Positions 50,626 through 61,326 of a stretch of 64,000 bases of DNA are shown here, one piece after another. The stretch's first letter is position 1. Each line of letters begins with the position of its first letter. The position numbers were made by a program, and so were the translations under genes. Source of the stretch: Polyangiaceae bacterium (GTDB taxonomy: Bacteria; Myxococcota_A; Polyangia; Polyangiales; Polyangiaceae); assembly GCA_033763455.1 (NCBI GenBank), contig JANRKO010000006.1:480001-544000 (forward strand), in the 5' to 3' direction. The notes under the pieces were generated by a model that worked only from the letters and a program-made list of their open reading frames with translations, made no database searches and was not told the origin of the DNA.

Positions 50626-51330
50626 TCACCATGTGTCGCGGCGGGGCCAAATCCGGAGGGCGGTCACGCTGACTATCAGCAACCACCACGGCGCATTCCC
50701 CACAGTTTGATAAACGGTTCGCCCTGGTAGCCACCGTATGCGAGTGCGGATCACGCCGGCTACGCCCGTGCCAAGTTGATCAACTACCTCGCCATAAGGG
50801 TTTACCACGCCGCTGATGCCCCCGAGTGTCGCTCGTATGAAATAGCGCCGGTACTCAATCGCGGCGAGCTGCGCCAAATAGAAGTGCATAGCAGGAGCAG
50901 CTGCTCCCTCTAGCCAATCGTCGTTGGAGACGTTGATGAAAAGGCCGGCCTCGCGCCTCACCGGATCTCGCATTTGTCTTTGAAAGAGTGCTTCATAGCA
51001 GATCGCAATGGCCGCGAAGTGCCCAGGAAGGATCTCGACCAGTGCGTTGGCTTTCCCCGACTCCAAATGGCCGAGTCTCGGAATGTTCGCCCCCGCCAGC
51101 TTGTCTGCGAGCACGCGCGGGACGCGTTCCAGGAAGGGGATCAAGACTTGCTTGTCGTAACGACAATGTTTGCAGTCATTTTTGTTCGGTGGGAGCAAGA
51201 GGACACTGTTCGTTTCTTGCGCATCGGTTTCGAGAACCAAACCAGTCAGAAGTGGTACACTCAGTGCTTCGCGGGCAGCGCGCAAAGCAACCAAGAGTGG
51301 TTCGACTTGCTGGGAGCCCCAGTAAAGGGC
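50626..51330 (-). pseudogene. lnt: Apolipoprotein N-acyltransferase C-terminal fragment
   Basis: YDKQVLIPFLE, ICYEALF, NVSNDDW, AIEYRR, GISGVVNPYG; no N-terminal TM domain or WPE motif; 5' boundary approximate. Confidence 0.75.
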
Positions 51331-51454
51331 GCCATGGTTGCGTTGGGTTGCGCGCACCGCCTTCAACTCCGGAGTGCAGCCAGCCACGGAAAGGCTGAGC
51401 TCGACGACAACCGCAAGGCACACCGGCGCTCGGGAAACACAGCGAGGCCGTTTT

Positions 51455-52093
51455 CTAACGCAATAAGTAGCCCACATCGAGCACGGCTTGTCCGTAGAAT
51501 TGGGGATCGTCTGGGGTGACTGAACAGATGAGGCCAGCTGGTGCTGTGCATGTGCCGCCGCTGGGGATCGATAGCCCAAGCTCCGCACCGACACCCAGCA
51601 TCAACTTGCCGAACATCCAGCGGTAACCTGTGTCCACACCGGGTACATATACAGGTATGTTCAACTCCGATTGCGAGGCGTTAGTGGTAGATATTCGCAA
51701 ATACTCAAACTGGAGGCCCCCGTAGAATCCACCATTGCCTAACGTCGAGGTCGGATACCAACGGAGGCCAACACCGACCCCACCTGAGCCCAAATTCAGA
51801 GATTCACCGGAGGCCGCATTCGGGATGATCTCGTGGCTCAAAATTCCCAACGAGAGTGCGTGGAGCCGCAGCATGCCCGTCACGGAACGGCCTCCCTCGA
51901 CAGAGAGCGTGGGGCCCAACAAACCAAAGCCAGCCACATTGAGCGAGGTCAGGAGATTGATTCCAGTGGGCTCAGCGGGACTCGCTTGCTCAGTAGGGCC
52001 CTCTTCTGGTTCAACGGCTCGCACATGAAGGGATAAAAATGTGAGCGCAGTAAAGCAAAGAACTGGGGTGAGTTTGGGAGGTGCGAGCAGCAT
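51455..52093 (-). CDS. Secreted, probable outer-membrane beta-barrel protein
   Basis: Signal peptide (VRA), GVGLRWY, GYRWMF, terminal VLDVGYLLR. Confidence 0.65.
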   Translation of the reverse strand: MLLAPPKLTPVLCFTALTFLSLHVRAVEPEEGPTEQASPAEPTGINLLTSLNVAGFGLLGPTLSVEGGRSVTGMLRLHALSLGILSHEIIPNAASGESLNLGSGGVGVGLRWYPTSTLGNGGFYGGLQFEYLRISTTNASQSELNIPVYVPGVDTGYRWMFGKLMLGVGAELGLSIPSGGTCTAPAGLICSVTPDDPQFYGQAVLDVGYLLR

Positions 52094-52150
52094 GGTAGAC
52101 CTTGTAGGTTAGCGTTAGTCTGGCGTCGACAGCTGGGGGGAGTGAGCGAG

Positions 52151-52707
52151 CTAGGGAAGCTGCTTTACTTCGACACCAAAGTTGTCCATGCAGCCCCGCG
52201 AGCCTCGGAGTTCAGCGCACACAGGATCAGATGCGTAGAAAGATCTGACTAGACCAACGGCTGGGTTTCCCGGTCTATACGACTCAAACAACGCTGATCG
52301 TGACATCCCGGAGATGGTAACGGTCCAATCGCCCTTACAGCCCGACGGAAGCATTGCATTCCAGTTCAGTCCGAACGCGATGTTTGGGCCTTGCGGTGCC
52401 GGGTTCGCCAGTTCTTCGGTCAGAACGAGCGAGCCGAATTTTCGTTCGTCCACGAGCGATGCTCGTGCCACGCTACGGCAAGAATCCCCTTCAAGTTGAA
52501 TTGTATCTTCCGGTCGCACTCTGAGCGCGATGCCCAGCTCAACGTCGAATCCCGGACCGCAGGAGGTCCATCCTATTGACCGCGTTAGCGGAAGGGTCTC
52601 CTTGACTGTCACCTCGTAAGTGGTTCCAACGGACACAGGCAGTTGGGGTCGTCACTACAGCCTGAACACGCGAGAATCGCGAACGAGAGGATGGTCGAGC
52701 GCGTCAT
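52151..52707 (-). pseudogene. Frameshifted Cys-containing lipoprotein
   Basis: MTRSTILSFAILACSGC from ATG 52707 (overlapping the upstream stop) is one base out of frame with the 161-aa body 52151..52636. Confidence 0.6.
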
Positions 52708-53266
52708 CGCGGTATTGGTGGCGGGGTAGTGCACGTCCCAGCAGTGAAACGTGCGGCGGGCGTTGCGGTGAACAGGAAGCTTGGTGTGGCGCCGCCTGAA
52801 AGCAGAACGCGAGCTGAAGCAGGCGATGGTGCTGGGAAACTAGCCGTCGCCCCAGAATACCGGCAGATCCCACCGGTGCTGCCGCACAGGTCAATGCAAA
52901 TCGGTTGGCCCGGGGCACACGTGGTAGAGCGAACTTGTCCTGCCGCCGACACGCTACGAAGCAGCGCGCCTGTAGTAGGTTCGAAAACTTGCACTGAGGC
53001 CGCGCAGCCGTCGAAAGCACGGAGATCTACTACGGCATCCGCCGGGCATGCGGCGCAACCGGTAAGAGTTGTGTTGGGCCGCTGCCCAATTCCGCAGCTT
53101 CGCACTCGACACCACCGGCAACGAACTGCCCTGCGGGGCAGGGTTCGCATGCGCCTGAAGGAAGCAGGCGTTGACCGCGGGGGCAGACAGCGCAAAAGTT
53201 AGCTCCGGGGGACCGCCGCGTTCCCGCGGGGCAAGCGACGCAAGACATACCGGAGGCAAGCTCCAT
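52704..53266 (-). pseudogene. Fragmented Cys-rich (CxxCPxG repeat) surface protein
   Basis: CVACPAG, CAVCPRG, CEPCPAG in one frame continue as SCGIGQ...CAACPAD in another near 53100. Confidence 0.65.
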
Positions 53267-53932
53267 GTCTCGAACGCTTAGACGAACACCTTGGCCGCGT
53301 CAACCCTTGGCATGCCGTTTCAGATTAGCAACGTGACAATGGCGTTTCACGGAAGTGCTCTAACGAAGCACAGCGAAGTACCAGGTCTTTCGGTGTGGCA
53401 CATTTCGCACGCTACATTGAGATTGCGCTCAACGTCACCGGCGACCTCACCTCCGGCGGTGCGGAGTACTTGCTGGCTAGCTCCCTCAGGGCGAGCCGCG
53501 AGCCACCGATGATGTTGATTTCGTGTTCGATGTGTCTGCTCGGCGAATCCACGCGTTCCGTGACGCCTTGGGCAGCGACTTGGAAGTTGGTACGGAATTC
53601 AGGATCGACTGCCAAGATCTGCAAGGGGTTGAGAGCACGTGAATGCTGAGCCGGGTAATCACTCAAGTACCAGGGCCGCTACCCGCAGATCATTGAGGAG
53701 GGCAGGCCATCACGCGGGTTCCGCTTACGTCAGCTAGAAGGTGGCCCAGTTGTGCTTGTAAGGGTTTAGCACGCCGCTGAGGGGCGGCTGTTGCGGCAAT
53801 TCCCGGTTTGTGCGCGTCCTTGGCCCTCGCCAGGTGGCAAGATGACGCGCGCGCCCGATTGGTCAGCTGAGCAATGGATCAGCCATAAAAATGGATGTTG
53901 TAAAAATGTCGTGCATAATTACAATATGATGA

Positions 53933-55123
53933 ATGCGTAAGCCTCCCTTACTGGAATGGAAGCGTCTTCTAGCGCCTCCCGAGCGTAGCTTCTTTCTGTT
54001 CGGCCCGCGTGGTGTCGGCAAGAGCACGTGGCTTCGAAAGCACTTTGGCTCCGCCGTCACGTTGGATCTGCTCCGTGCTGATCTTTTTTTAGAGCTGACA
54101 CGACACCCGGAAAACCTGGAAGCGTTGCTGGGAAAGCAAGGGAAGAGCTCGTGGGCATGCATCGATGAAGTCCAACGCATACCAGCACTGCTGAACGAAG
54201 TTCATCGGCTCATCGAGGGCGGGCGGTGGCGCTTCGCTCTTTCCGGCTCTTCCGCACGCAAACTCAAACGTGGGGGCGCCAACCTCTTGGGCGGGCGCGC
54301 CCTGACGCTTGAGTTGGCACCCCCCGTGTCGGTCGAGCTCGGATCAGCTTTCGACCTCGAGCGTGTCCTCGAATGGGGAGCGCTGCCCCTCATTGTGCAG
54401 AATCCCGAAGAAGCCTCTCGCCTTCTGCACTCCTACGTTCACACCTACTTGCGCGAGGAGATCCTGGAAGAAGGGCTGGTACGAAAGCTGGAGCCATTTG
54501 CGCGGTTCCTTGAGGTCGCGGGCCAGCTCAACGCCCAATTGCTCAACCTGGGCAACGTGGCGCGCGAAGCGGCCGTTCCGCGCGCCTCGGTGGATGTGTA
54601 TTTTTCGGTCTTGGAAGACACCCTGCTCGGTCGTAGACTCACAGCTTATCGGCCGGGAGCACGCGTTCGAGAAACAAGTCACTCCAAGTTCTATTGGTTC
54701 GATTGTGGCGTGGCGCGAGCTGCGGCGGGGCTCCTTGGCGACCCGATTGACAGTGTGCAGAAGGGATTTGCCCTTGAGACCATTATTCTGCACGAACTTA
54801 CCGTCTACAATCACTCGCACAACAAGAACCGCCCCATACACTTCTGGCGAACAGGTGCCGGTCTAGAGATCGACTTTGTCATCGAAACTGCACGAAAAAC
54901 GTTGAGCCGAAAAGCAGAAGTGATCACGGTAGAAGTGAAACATGGATCCAAATGGGATCGCCGTTGGGAACAAGGTGCAAGGGCTCTGGCAGTGTCGAAC
55001 AGCGTGCGGGTTCGTCGAATGATCGGCGTCTATCGTGGGCGAAGCGCGCTCATCTTTGACGGATTCGAAGTCCTGCCAGTCAACGAATTCCTGAGAGCGC
55101 TCTTTGCGGGCGAGCTCTTTTGA
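53933..55123 (+). CDS. AAA_14 ATPase with DUF4143 domain
   Basis: GPRGVGKST, IDEVQR, SGSSARKL, KFYWFDCG, EIDFV...VEVK. Confidence 0.9.
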   Translation: MRKPPLLEWKRLLAPPERSFFLFGPRGVGKSTWLRKHFGSAVTLDLLRADLFLELTRHPENLEALLGKQGKSSWACIDEVQRIPALLNEVHRLIEGGRWRFALSGSSARKLKRGGANLLGGRALTLELAPPVSVELGSAFDLERVLEWGALPLIVQNPEEASRLLHSYVHTYLREEILEEGLVRKLEPFARFLEVAGQLNAQLLNLGNVAREAAVPRASVDVYFSVLEDTLLGRRLTAYRPGARVRETSHSKFYWFDCGVARAAAGLLGDPIDSVQKGFALETIILHELTVYNHSHNKNRPIHFWRTGAGLEIDFVIETARKTLSRKAEVITVEVKHGSKWDRRWEQGARALAVSNSVRVRRMIGVYRGRSALIFDGFEVLPVNEFLRALFAGELF

Positions 55124-55256
55124 GGTCAGAGCGTTCTCCGGTAAAGCGGCGTATGCCCAATCCCTCCTAAAAGCCTGAAGTCACCTAGTTAACGGCCGGT
55201 GACACCAGCCGAAGGGCCCCCTTCCCACAGAAGCAAGTCACCCACGCAAAGCCCGC

Positions 55257-56363
55257 TTACCCCTTGCGCGGGTAGACCAGCGGACCACTCACGTAGGCGT
55301 CGTTGCCGCAAAGCTGCCAGTTCGCGGGCTCGATGCGGGGTGCGTCTGAGGGGCTCTCGGGGCCTGCCCAATCGACGGCACCTGGCCGCCCACGTGGGCC
55401 CAGCAATACGGGGGCGATGAACAGGTGCAGCTCATCGGCGAGGCCGCTCGCGATCAAACTGCCGGCAAGCTCAGCCCCGCCTTCGCACAGGACGCTCACC
55501 ACTTCACGAGCTGCAAGTTCTTTCAAAACGGCGCGCATATCGCAGCGCCCTTCAGCTGTGGCAGGAACGTAAATGACATTGACGCCCTTTTCTTCAAGGG
55601 AATCAGCTACGGCCCGGGAGCCCTTGTTCGTCGTAAATACACAGGTGGGGGTGTCGCCAGCCGTATCCACAATGTGGGAATTCATTGGCAACCGCAGATT
55701 ACTGTCGATGATGACGCGAATTGGGTTGCGCCCAGAGACGTCGCGGACTGTAAGCTGCGGGTCATCAGCCAGTACCGTGTTAATGCCAATCATCACGCCG
55801 TCGTGAAAGGCTCGGAGGGCGTGTACGCGCGCGCGCGATTCGGCACAGGTGATCCATTTGGAATCACCTGTGCGCGTGGCCGTTCGGCCGTCGAGCGAGA
55901 TGGCGAGCTTTAGTGCCACAAATGTGGTGCCTTTGGTGATGTACTTTGACCAAGGCAATATCAGCTTCTTAGCCTCGGCCTCGCACACGCCTTCTTTCAC
56001 TTCAACGCCCTGAGCGCGCAGGCGTTCTAATCCGCCACCTTCAACGTGTGGGTTCGGATCGTGGCAGCCCACCACAACGCGAGAGATACCTGCGGCGAGC
56101 AGAGCATCCACGCACTTGGGCGTTTTCCCCTCGTGGTTGCACGGCTCAAGCGTCACGTACATGGTGGCGCCTTTGGCGCGGGCCCCCGCAATTTCTAGTG
56201 CGGCTACTTCGGCGTGTTCGCGACCCGCGTTTTGGTGGAAAGCTTCCGCAATAACCTCGCCGCCCTGACAAATGACCGCACCCACGTGGGGGTTAGGAGA
56301 AGGATCGCCTCTTTTGCCGAGCGCAATCGCGCGCGCCATCATGGTTTCATCGAGGCCGGTCAT
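55257..56363 (-). CDS. ribD: Riboflavin biosynthesis deaminase/reductase
   Basis: PNPHVGAV, HAE, TLEPCNH, SLDG, SKWIT, EGGAEL. Confidence 0.97.
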   Translation of the reverse strand: MTGLDETMMARAIALGKRGDPSPNPHVGAVICQGGEVIAEAFHQNAGREHAEVAALEIAGARAKGATMYVTLEPCNHEGKTPKCVDALLAAGISRVVVGCHDPNPHVEGGGLERLRAQGVEVKEGVCEAEAKKLILPWSKYITKGTTFVALKLAISLDGRTATRTGDSKWITCAESRARVHALRAFHDGVMIGINTVLADDPQLTVRDVSGRNPIRVIIDSNLRLPMNSHIVDTAGDTPTCVFTTNKGSRAVADSLEEKGVNVIYVPATAEGRCDMRAVLKELAAREVVSVLCEGGAELAGSLIASGLADELHLFIAPVLLGPRGRPGAVDWAGPESPSDAPRIEPANWQLCGNDAYVSGPLVYPRKG

Positions 56364-56839
56364 CGTCTCTTTTCCTCGGTACGCAAGTCCGCATGGACCA
56401 GCTTGCCCATCTCAGCCATGAATTCATCGATATCCCGGAACGAACGGTAAACACTCGCGAAGCGGACGTAAGCCACACCATCCAGCGTCTTTAAGCGCGC
56501 CATGACGCGTTCCCCAATCACATCGGAAGAGACTTCTTTGTCGCCGAGCGTTGAGAGCTCGTGCTCAATGGCCTCCGCCTGTTCTTCCAAGGTATCCGCC
56601 GAGACGGGGCGCTTATTGCAAGCAATACGGAGGCTTCGCACCAGCTTGCCGTGGTCGAACGGTTCCCGCTGGCCGTCTTTCTTCATCACGGTGGGCAGCG
56701 CATGCTCTACCCGCTCATAAGTAGTGAAACGGCGCTTGCACCCTTCACATTCGCGCCTGCGCCAGGTCACGGTGCCGCCAGCGACAAGTCGTGAGTCCAC
56801 GACGTGGCAGTCCATATCCCGGCAAAATGGGCACTGCAT
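56360..56839 (-). CDS. nrdR: Transcriptional repressor NrdR
   Basis: MQCPFC, RRRECEGC, RFTTYE, ATP cone, AYVRFASVYR. Confidence 0.97.
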   Translation of the reverse strand: MQCPFCRDMDCHVVDSRLVAGGTVTWRRRECEGCKRRFTTYERVEHALPTVMKKDGQREPFDHGKLVRSLRIACNKRPVSADTLEEQAEAIEHELSTLGDKEVSSDVIGERVMARLKTLDGVAYVRFASVYRSFRDIDEFMAEMGKLVHADLRTEEKRR

Positions 56840-56857
56840 GACAGGCGCTCGTTTCTC

Positions 56858-58105
56858 TTAGCCCTCGTACTTGGAAAAAATCAGGGTAGCATTGGTCCCA
56901 CCGAAGCCGAACGAATTGCTCATAGCATGGCGGATGCGACGCTCGCGCGCGGTGTTGGCAACGAAATCCAACGGGCACTCGGGATCTTGATTTTCGAGAT
57001 TGATGGTGGGTGCGACGAGGCCCGTTTGCAGTGACTTCAAGCACACCGCTGCTTCGAGGGCCCCGGCGGCCCCCAAGAGGTGCCCCGTCATGGACTTGGT
57101 GGAGCTCACCCAGAGCTTCTTTTCGAGTGCGTGGTTCCCAAACAGCTGGATCATCGCCTTGGCTTCTTCACGATCGCCAGCGGGCGTCGAGGTGCCGTGC
57201 GCGTTCACGTAGTCTACATCCGTGGTGTTGAGCTTCGCATCCTTCAACGCGAAGCTCATGGCGCGCACAGCTCCGCGGCCTTCCGGTGCGGGCTTGGTGA
57301 TATGGTAGGCATCGCTTGAAGCCCCGAAACCGGTGACCTCGCCATAGATGCGAGCTCCACGGCGCAACGCGCGTGTGAGCGACTCCAAAATCAGCGTTCC
57401 TGCACCCTCGCCGCACACGAAGCCGTCGCGATCTTGATCCCAGGGGCGGCTGGCTCGCTCAGGCTCATCATTCCGACGGCTGAGGGCGAACATCGCCGAG
57501 AACCCGGCGATGCCAATCGGCGAGATAGTGGCCTCGGCACCGCCTGCTACCATAACCTCGGCGCGGCCCTCGCGGATCCAACGGGTGGCTTCACCAATTG
57601 CGTGCGCACTCGAAGAACAAGCGCTCACGTGGCAGAAGCTGGGGCCTTGAAACCCGTGCTCGATAGAGACTTGGCCTGCCGCAAGATTCGCGATCAAGCT
57701 CGGAATAAAGTAGGGGCTCACTTTGGTGGGGCCCTTGGTGTTCAAGACGTCTTTGATGGCTTCCAGGCGCTCAATTCCGCCGAGGCCTACGCCGATAAAC
57801 ACGCCAACATCTTCGCGCTCTTCATCCGTCAGGCCGAGATTGGCATCATCCAGAGCCAGCTTTGAGGCCGCCATGGCGAAGGGGATAAAGCGCCCGCACT
57901 CCTTCAGCTTCTTTTTCTCAACGAAATCTTCAGCATTGAAGTTGGTGACCTCCGCCGCGATGCGCGAAGGATAATCCGGCGTCATCTCGAACTGCGTGAT
58001 CGGCCCGACGCCACTTTTGCCTGCGATCAAAGCCTTAAAACTCTCGTCGGTTCCGATCCCCACGGGAGAAATCAGCCCGAGCCCTGTGACGACAACGCGC
58101 TCCAT
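56858..58105 (-). CDS. fabF: Beta-ketoacyl-ACP synthase II
   Basis: VVVTGLG, SACSS, NAHGTST, KSMTGHLLGAAG, SNSFGFGG. Confidence 0.97.
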   Translation of the reverse strand: MERVVVTGLGLISPVGIGTDESFKALIAGKSGVGPITQFEMTPDYPSRIAAEVTNFNAEDFVEKKKLKECGRFIPFAMAASKLALDDANLGLTDEEREDVGVFIGVGLGGIERLEAIKDVLNTKGPTKVSPYFIPSLIANLAAGQVSIEHGFQGPSFCHVSACSSSAHAIGEATRWIREGRAEVMVAGGAEATISPIGIAGFSAMFALSRRNDEPERASRPWDQDRDGFVCGEGAGTLILESLTRALRRGARIYGEVTGFGASSDAYHITKPAPEGRGAVRAMSFALKDAKLNTTDVDYVNAHGTSTPAGDREEAKAMIQLFGNHALEKKLWVSSTKSMTGHLLGAAGALEAAVCLKSLQTGLVAPTINLENQDPECPLDFVANTARERRIRHAMSNSFGFGGTNATLIFSKYEG

Positions 58106-58137
58106 TTTTACTCCTTAAGACTGCAACTCATAGCGCG

Positions 58138-58173
58138 CCAGCCTACCCCAGCGCGCTTGCTAGGATAGACTGG
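58138..58173 (-). other. Intergenic RNA hairpin between acpP and fabF
   Basis: Minus strand CCAGTCTATCCTAGC-AAGCGC-GCTGGGGTAGGCTGG, 15-bp stem with three G-U pairs, no U-tract. Confidence 0.6.
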
Positions 58174-58190
58174 GCACTTTGGATCAACGG

Positions 58191-58430
58191 CTACTGCCGT
58201 GCCTTCTGAATATAGGAAACGGCGTCCTGAACGGTACGGATCTTTTCCGTGTCTTCGTCAGGGATGTCAATTTCAAAGGCCTCTTCAAAAGCGAGAACCA
58301 ACTCAACAAGACCGAGCGAATCTGCGCCGAGGTCGTCAATGAAGGTGGATTCGGGCTTGATGTCTTTCTCGTCTACGTCGAGCTGTTCTTTGATGATTTG
58401 CTTGACCTTGGCGATGATCTCTTCTGCCAT
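58191..58430 (-). CDS. acpP: Acyl carrier protein
   Basis: DLGADSL motif, 79 aa, acidic. Confidence 0.97.
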   Translation of the reverse strand: MAEEIIAKVKQIIKEQLDVDEKDIKPESTFIDDLGADSLGLVELVLAFEEAFEIDIPDEDTEKIRTVQDAVSYIQKARQ

Positions 58431-58483
58431 GGTGCCTCCGAAGGGGGTTGCGCGGGCTCGTTGATTAGGGAAATTCCCGAGGT

Positions 58484-59230
58484 TTACATGTACATTCCAC
58501 CGTTTACGCGCAGGGCGTGCCCGGTGATATAGCCTGCTTCTTCCGAAGCAAGATAAACGATTGCGGCCGCAATTTCGGCCGGAGCGGCCACGCGGCCGAG
58601 AGGGACAGCGCTCAACATGGATGCGCGCTGCTCATCGGTTAAGCTGGCTGTCATGTCGGTTGCTACGAAGCCTGGCGTAACGGCATTGACTGTGATGCCA
58701 CGCGACGCGTACTCGCGGGCGAGGGACTTGGCGACGCCCAAGAGCCCAGCTTTGGAAGCAGCGTAGGCCACCTGGCCCGCATTACCCATTTCGCCGACTA
58801 CGCTGGAGAGTAGGATGACGCGGCCCCAGCGGTTCTTCATCATCGCTTTGATGGCGGCGCGCGAACACAGGACCGAGCCTTGGAGGTTAACGTTCAAGGT
58901 GCGGTCCAGATCTTCTTCTTTGAGCCGAAGGAGCAAGCCGTCAATCGCGATACCTGCACTCGCCACGAGGATATCTAGGCGGCCGAGCCGCTTTGCGGCG
59001 TCAGCAATTGCCGCTTCGGCGGTTGCACCGTCTGAAACGTCTAAGCGGACGGCCTCGGCCGCACCACCCCGGGCCACGATGCCCTCGACCACCTCCACAG
59101 CCGCAGCTTCTTGGGTGGCGTACCCAACCACAACTCGTGCCCCGCGGGCAGCCAGCGCCTCGCACGCAGCCCGACCAATGCCGCGAGAACCTCCCGTGAC
59201 GATTGCTACTTTCCCGCTGAGATCGAACAT
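58484..59230 (-). CDS. fabG: 3-oxoacyl-ACP reductase
   Basis: [22 protein letters not shown]. Confidence 0.96.
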   Translation of the reverse strand: MFDLSGKVAIVTGGSRGIGRAACEALAARGARVVVGYATQEAAAVEVVEGIVARGGAAEAVRLDVSDGATAEAAIADAAKRLGRLDILVASAGIAIDGLLLRLKEEDLDRTLNVNLQGSVLCSRAAIKAMMKNRWGRVILLSSVVGEMGNAGQVAYAASKAGLLGVAKSLAREYASRGITVNAVTPGFVATDMTASLTDEQRASMLSAVPLGRVAAPAEIAAAIVYLASEEAGYITGHALRVNGGMYM

Positions 59231-59376
59231 AGTGTCTTAGAGTTGTTCGGGTGGAAGGCGGGCGTGTTTACCACGGGCGAAGCGCGTGGCTAGTAGGAAA
59301 GCGCCGGGTTTGGAAGATTGCGTCAGCCGCGTGGCGGCCCAATGACGCATTTGGCGCGGCGCGGCAGCGTTACTGA

Positions 59377-60318
59377 TTATGCAATAAATTGCGCAACTTC
59401 CAGCAGGTGGCTTGGTTCGGCAAGGCCTAGCACTCGGAGCTCCTTTTCGATTCGTTTGACGAGGCCAGCCAGCACTTTCCCAGGACCCACTTCAAGTGCT
59501 GCTGTTACGCCGAGCTCGCGTGCCTTGCTGACCGACTGCTGCCAACGGACAGGCGACGAGACCTGGCTAACCAGGAGCTGTGCCACGCGTCCCTGTTCGA
59601 CATTGGGCAGCGCATCCACGTTGGCGATGACTGGAATGCTCGGCGCGCTGATATGGATTGAGCGAAGAGCTTCTTCTACCGCAAGGGCCGCGGGCTGCAT
59701 GAGCGAGCAGTGAAACGGGGCGCTCACCGCTAAGCTGATGGCCTTAAGCTTGAGCTCAGGGGCGAGCTTGGTTGCGCGAGCGACGGCGGAGGCGGTGCCA
59801 GCGATCACGATTTGCCCCGGGGAATTGAAGTTCGCGCACGACAACACTTCGCCCTCGGCACACGTTGCGCAGAGGGCTTCCACTTGTTCAATGTCGCCAC
59901 CAATGATGGCCGCCATGCCGCCTTTACCTGCGGGTACGGCCTCTTGCATCGCGCGCCCACGGAGCTCCACCAATCGCACAGCATCTTCAAGCGTGAGTGC
60001 CCCCGCCGCGACCAAAGCTGAGTATTCGCCGAGCGAATGGCCAAGAACGCAAACGGGAGCAGGGAGCTCTGGGAGCTCTTCGCGCAAAGCGGCGAGCGTG
60101 GCGATACAGGTGGTGACCAGCGCTGGCTGCGTGTTGACGGTGAGCGTTAGCTCCGCAAGGGGGCCGTCAAAACACAGCTTTGAGATCGAGCGACCCAGCG
60201 CCTCATCCGCGCGCTCGAAAACCTCCCGCGCTTTGGAGGAATGCTCCCATAGGAGCTTCCCCATCCCGACAACTTGACTACCTTGGCCGGGAAATAACCA
60301 TGCAACTTTGGCGTTCAT
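59377..60318 (-). CDS. fabD: Malonyl-CoA:ACP transacylase
   Basis: FPGQGSQ, GHSLGEY, VSAPFH, EVGPGKVL. Confidence 0.97.
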   Translation of the reverse strand: MNAKVAWLFPGQGSQVVGMGKLLWEHSSKAREVFERADEALGRSISKLCFDGPLAELTLTVNTQPALVTTCIATLAALREELPELPAPVCVLGHSLGEYSALVAAGALTLEDAVRLVELRGRAMQEAVPAGKGGMAAIIGGDIEQVEALCATCAEGEVLSCANFNSPGQIVIAGTASAVARATKLAPELKLKAISLAVSAPFHCSLMQPAALAVEEALRSIHISAPSIPVIANVDALPNVEQGRVAQLLVSQVSSPVRWQQSVSKARELGVTAALEVGPGKVLAGLVKRIEKELRVLGLAEPSHLLEVAQFIA

Positions 60319-60406
60319 GCCGTGCTTGATGGGTTCAAAGGTCCCCCGGGGCATCATGCCGCAAGCCTCTAGAGCCTGCAGAGTGTCGCGGGGGGCACGT
60401 GGCGTT

Positions 60407-60604
60407 TTACTTGGCTTGCTCGTCAGCGGCTTTGTTCAGCACGCTACGGCCCTTGTAAAAGCCGCAGCTCGAACAGACTCTGTGAGAAATCATCGGAGCA
60501 GAACAGTTGGGACACGGCGTCACATTTGCTGCTGTGACCTTATCGTGATTGGCGCGACGCATTGCGCCTTTACTGCTGCTCTTTCTCCGCTTGGGAACTG
60601 CCAC
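60407..60604 (-). CDS. rpmF: 50S ribosomal protein L32 (zinc-ribbon form)
   Basis: MAVPKRRKS, CPNC, HRVCSSCGFYKG. Confidence 0.97.
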   Translation of the reverse strand: MAVPKRRKSSSKGAMRRANHDKVTAANVTPCPNCSAPMISHRVCSSCGFYKGRSVLNKAADEQAK

Positions 60605-60608
60605 GGGC

Positions 60609-61229
60609 TCACTCCTTCTTAAAACCGAGCCGCTCCCGGATCGCGGCGAGCGGCATTAATCGAGGATCGAGGGGGCGTTCTTGCTCCCGATCCGTTTGTG
60701 GGGGCCGGGGGATAGCGGGGCCCTCACCCGAACGCAAGTCTTCTCGAAGCGGCACCATGGGCAGGTCGAGCAGAATGAACTCCCGCAGGAATGGGTCGAG
60801 GACTACCGTTTCCCCTGAAAAAGTGTCGGCCCCCGCCTCATTTTCGCCGAGCTCGGGGCTCTCTTCCCAGCCACCCTTTTTCTTCGCGGCCTCCGCATTT
60901 CTCTTTGATCTTGAGGCTTTATGCGAACGCTCGTCGGGACTGTCGTGGCGCTGGAGCGACAGGAAGACAGACGGGGTCAACGTATAGATTGCGGGCTCTA
61001 GCGTTTCAGCGCACGGCAGCTGGACTTGCACTTGGAGCTCGCCCCGCACGAGCACCGCGTCTCCCGTCTTGGTGAGCTCCACTTCTACTGAGCCGACCTT
61101 CTCGGTTGGCTGGGCCTCCGTATCCCGCAGGGCGTGGGCGAGCCACGCTGTCGGAATCGGCCAGGTTAGGTGCTTGGGGCCGCGCTCAAGATCGGCGAGC
61201 TGGACTGCGAATTCGGGACGTTCGGGCAC
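60609..61229 (-). CDS. yceD: YceD/DUF177 family protein
   Basis: Upstream of rpmF; LDPFLREFILLDLPM, DPRLMPL. Confidence 0.9.
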   Translation of the reverse strand: MPERPEFAVQLADLERGPKHLTWPIPTAWLAHALRDTEAQPTEKVGSVEVELTKTGDAVLVRGELQVQVQLPCAETLEPAIYTLTPSVFLSLQRHDSPDERSHKASRSKRNAEAAKKKGGWEESPELGENEAGADTFSGETVVLDPFLREFILLDLPMVPLREDLRSGEGPAIPRPPQTDREQERPLDPRLMPLAAIRERLGFKKE

Positions 61230-61326
61230 GGGCGGAGGCTAGCGCCGTGGGCCAGCGACTGCAAACGAGACCGCGGGTACTGTGGCTCATTGCGGCTAGT
61301 TGGCCCGTCCCGTACCGTCAGCTCGG

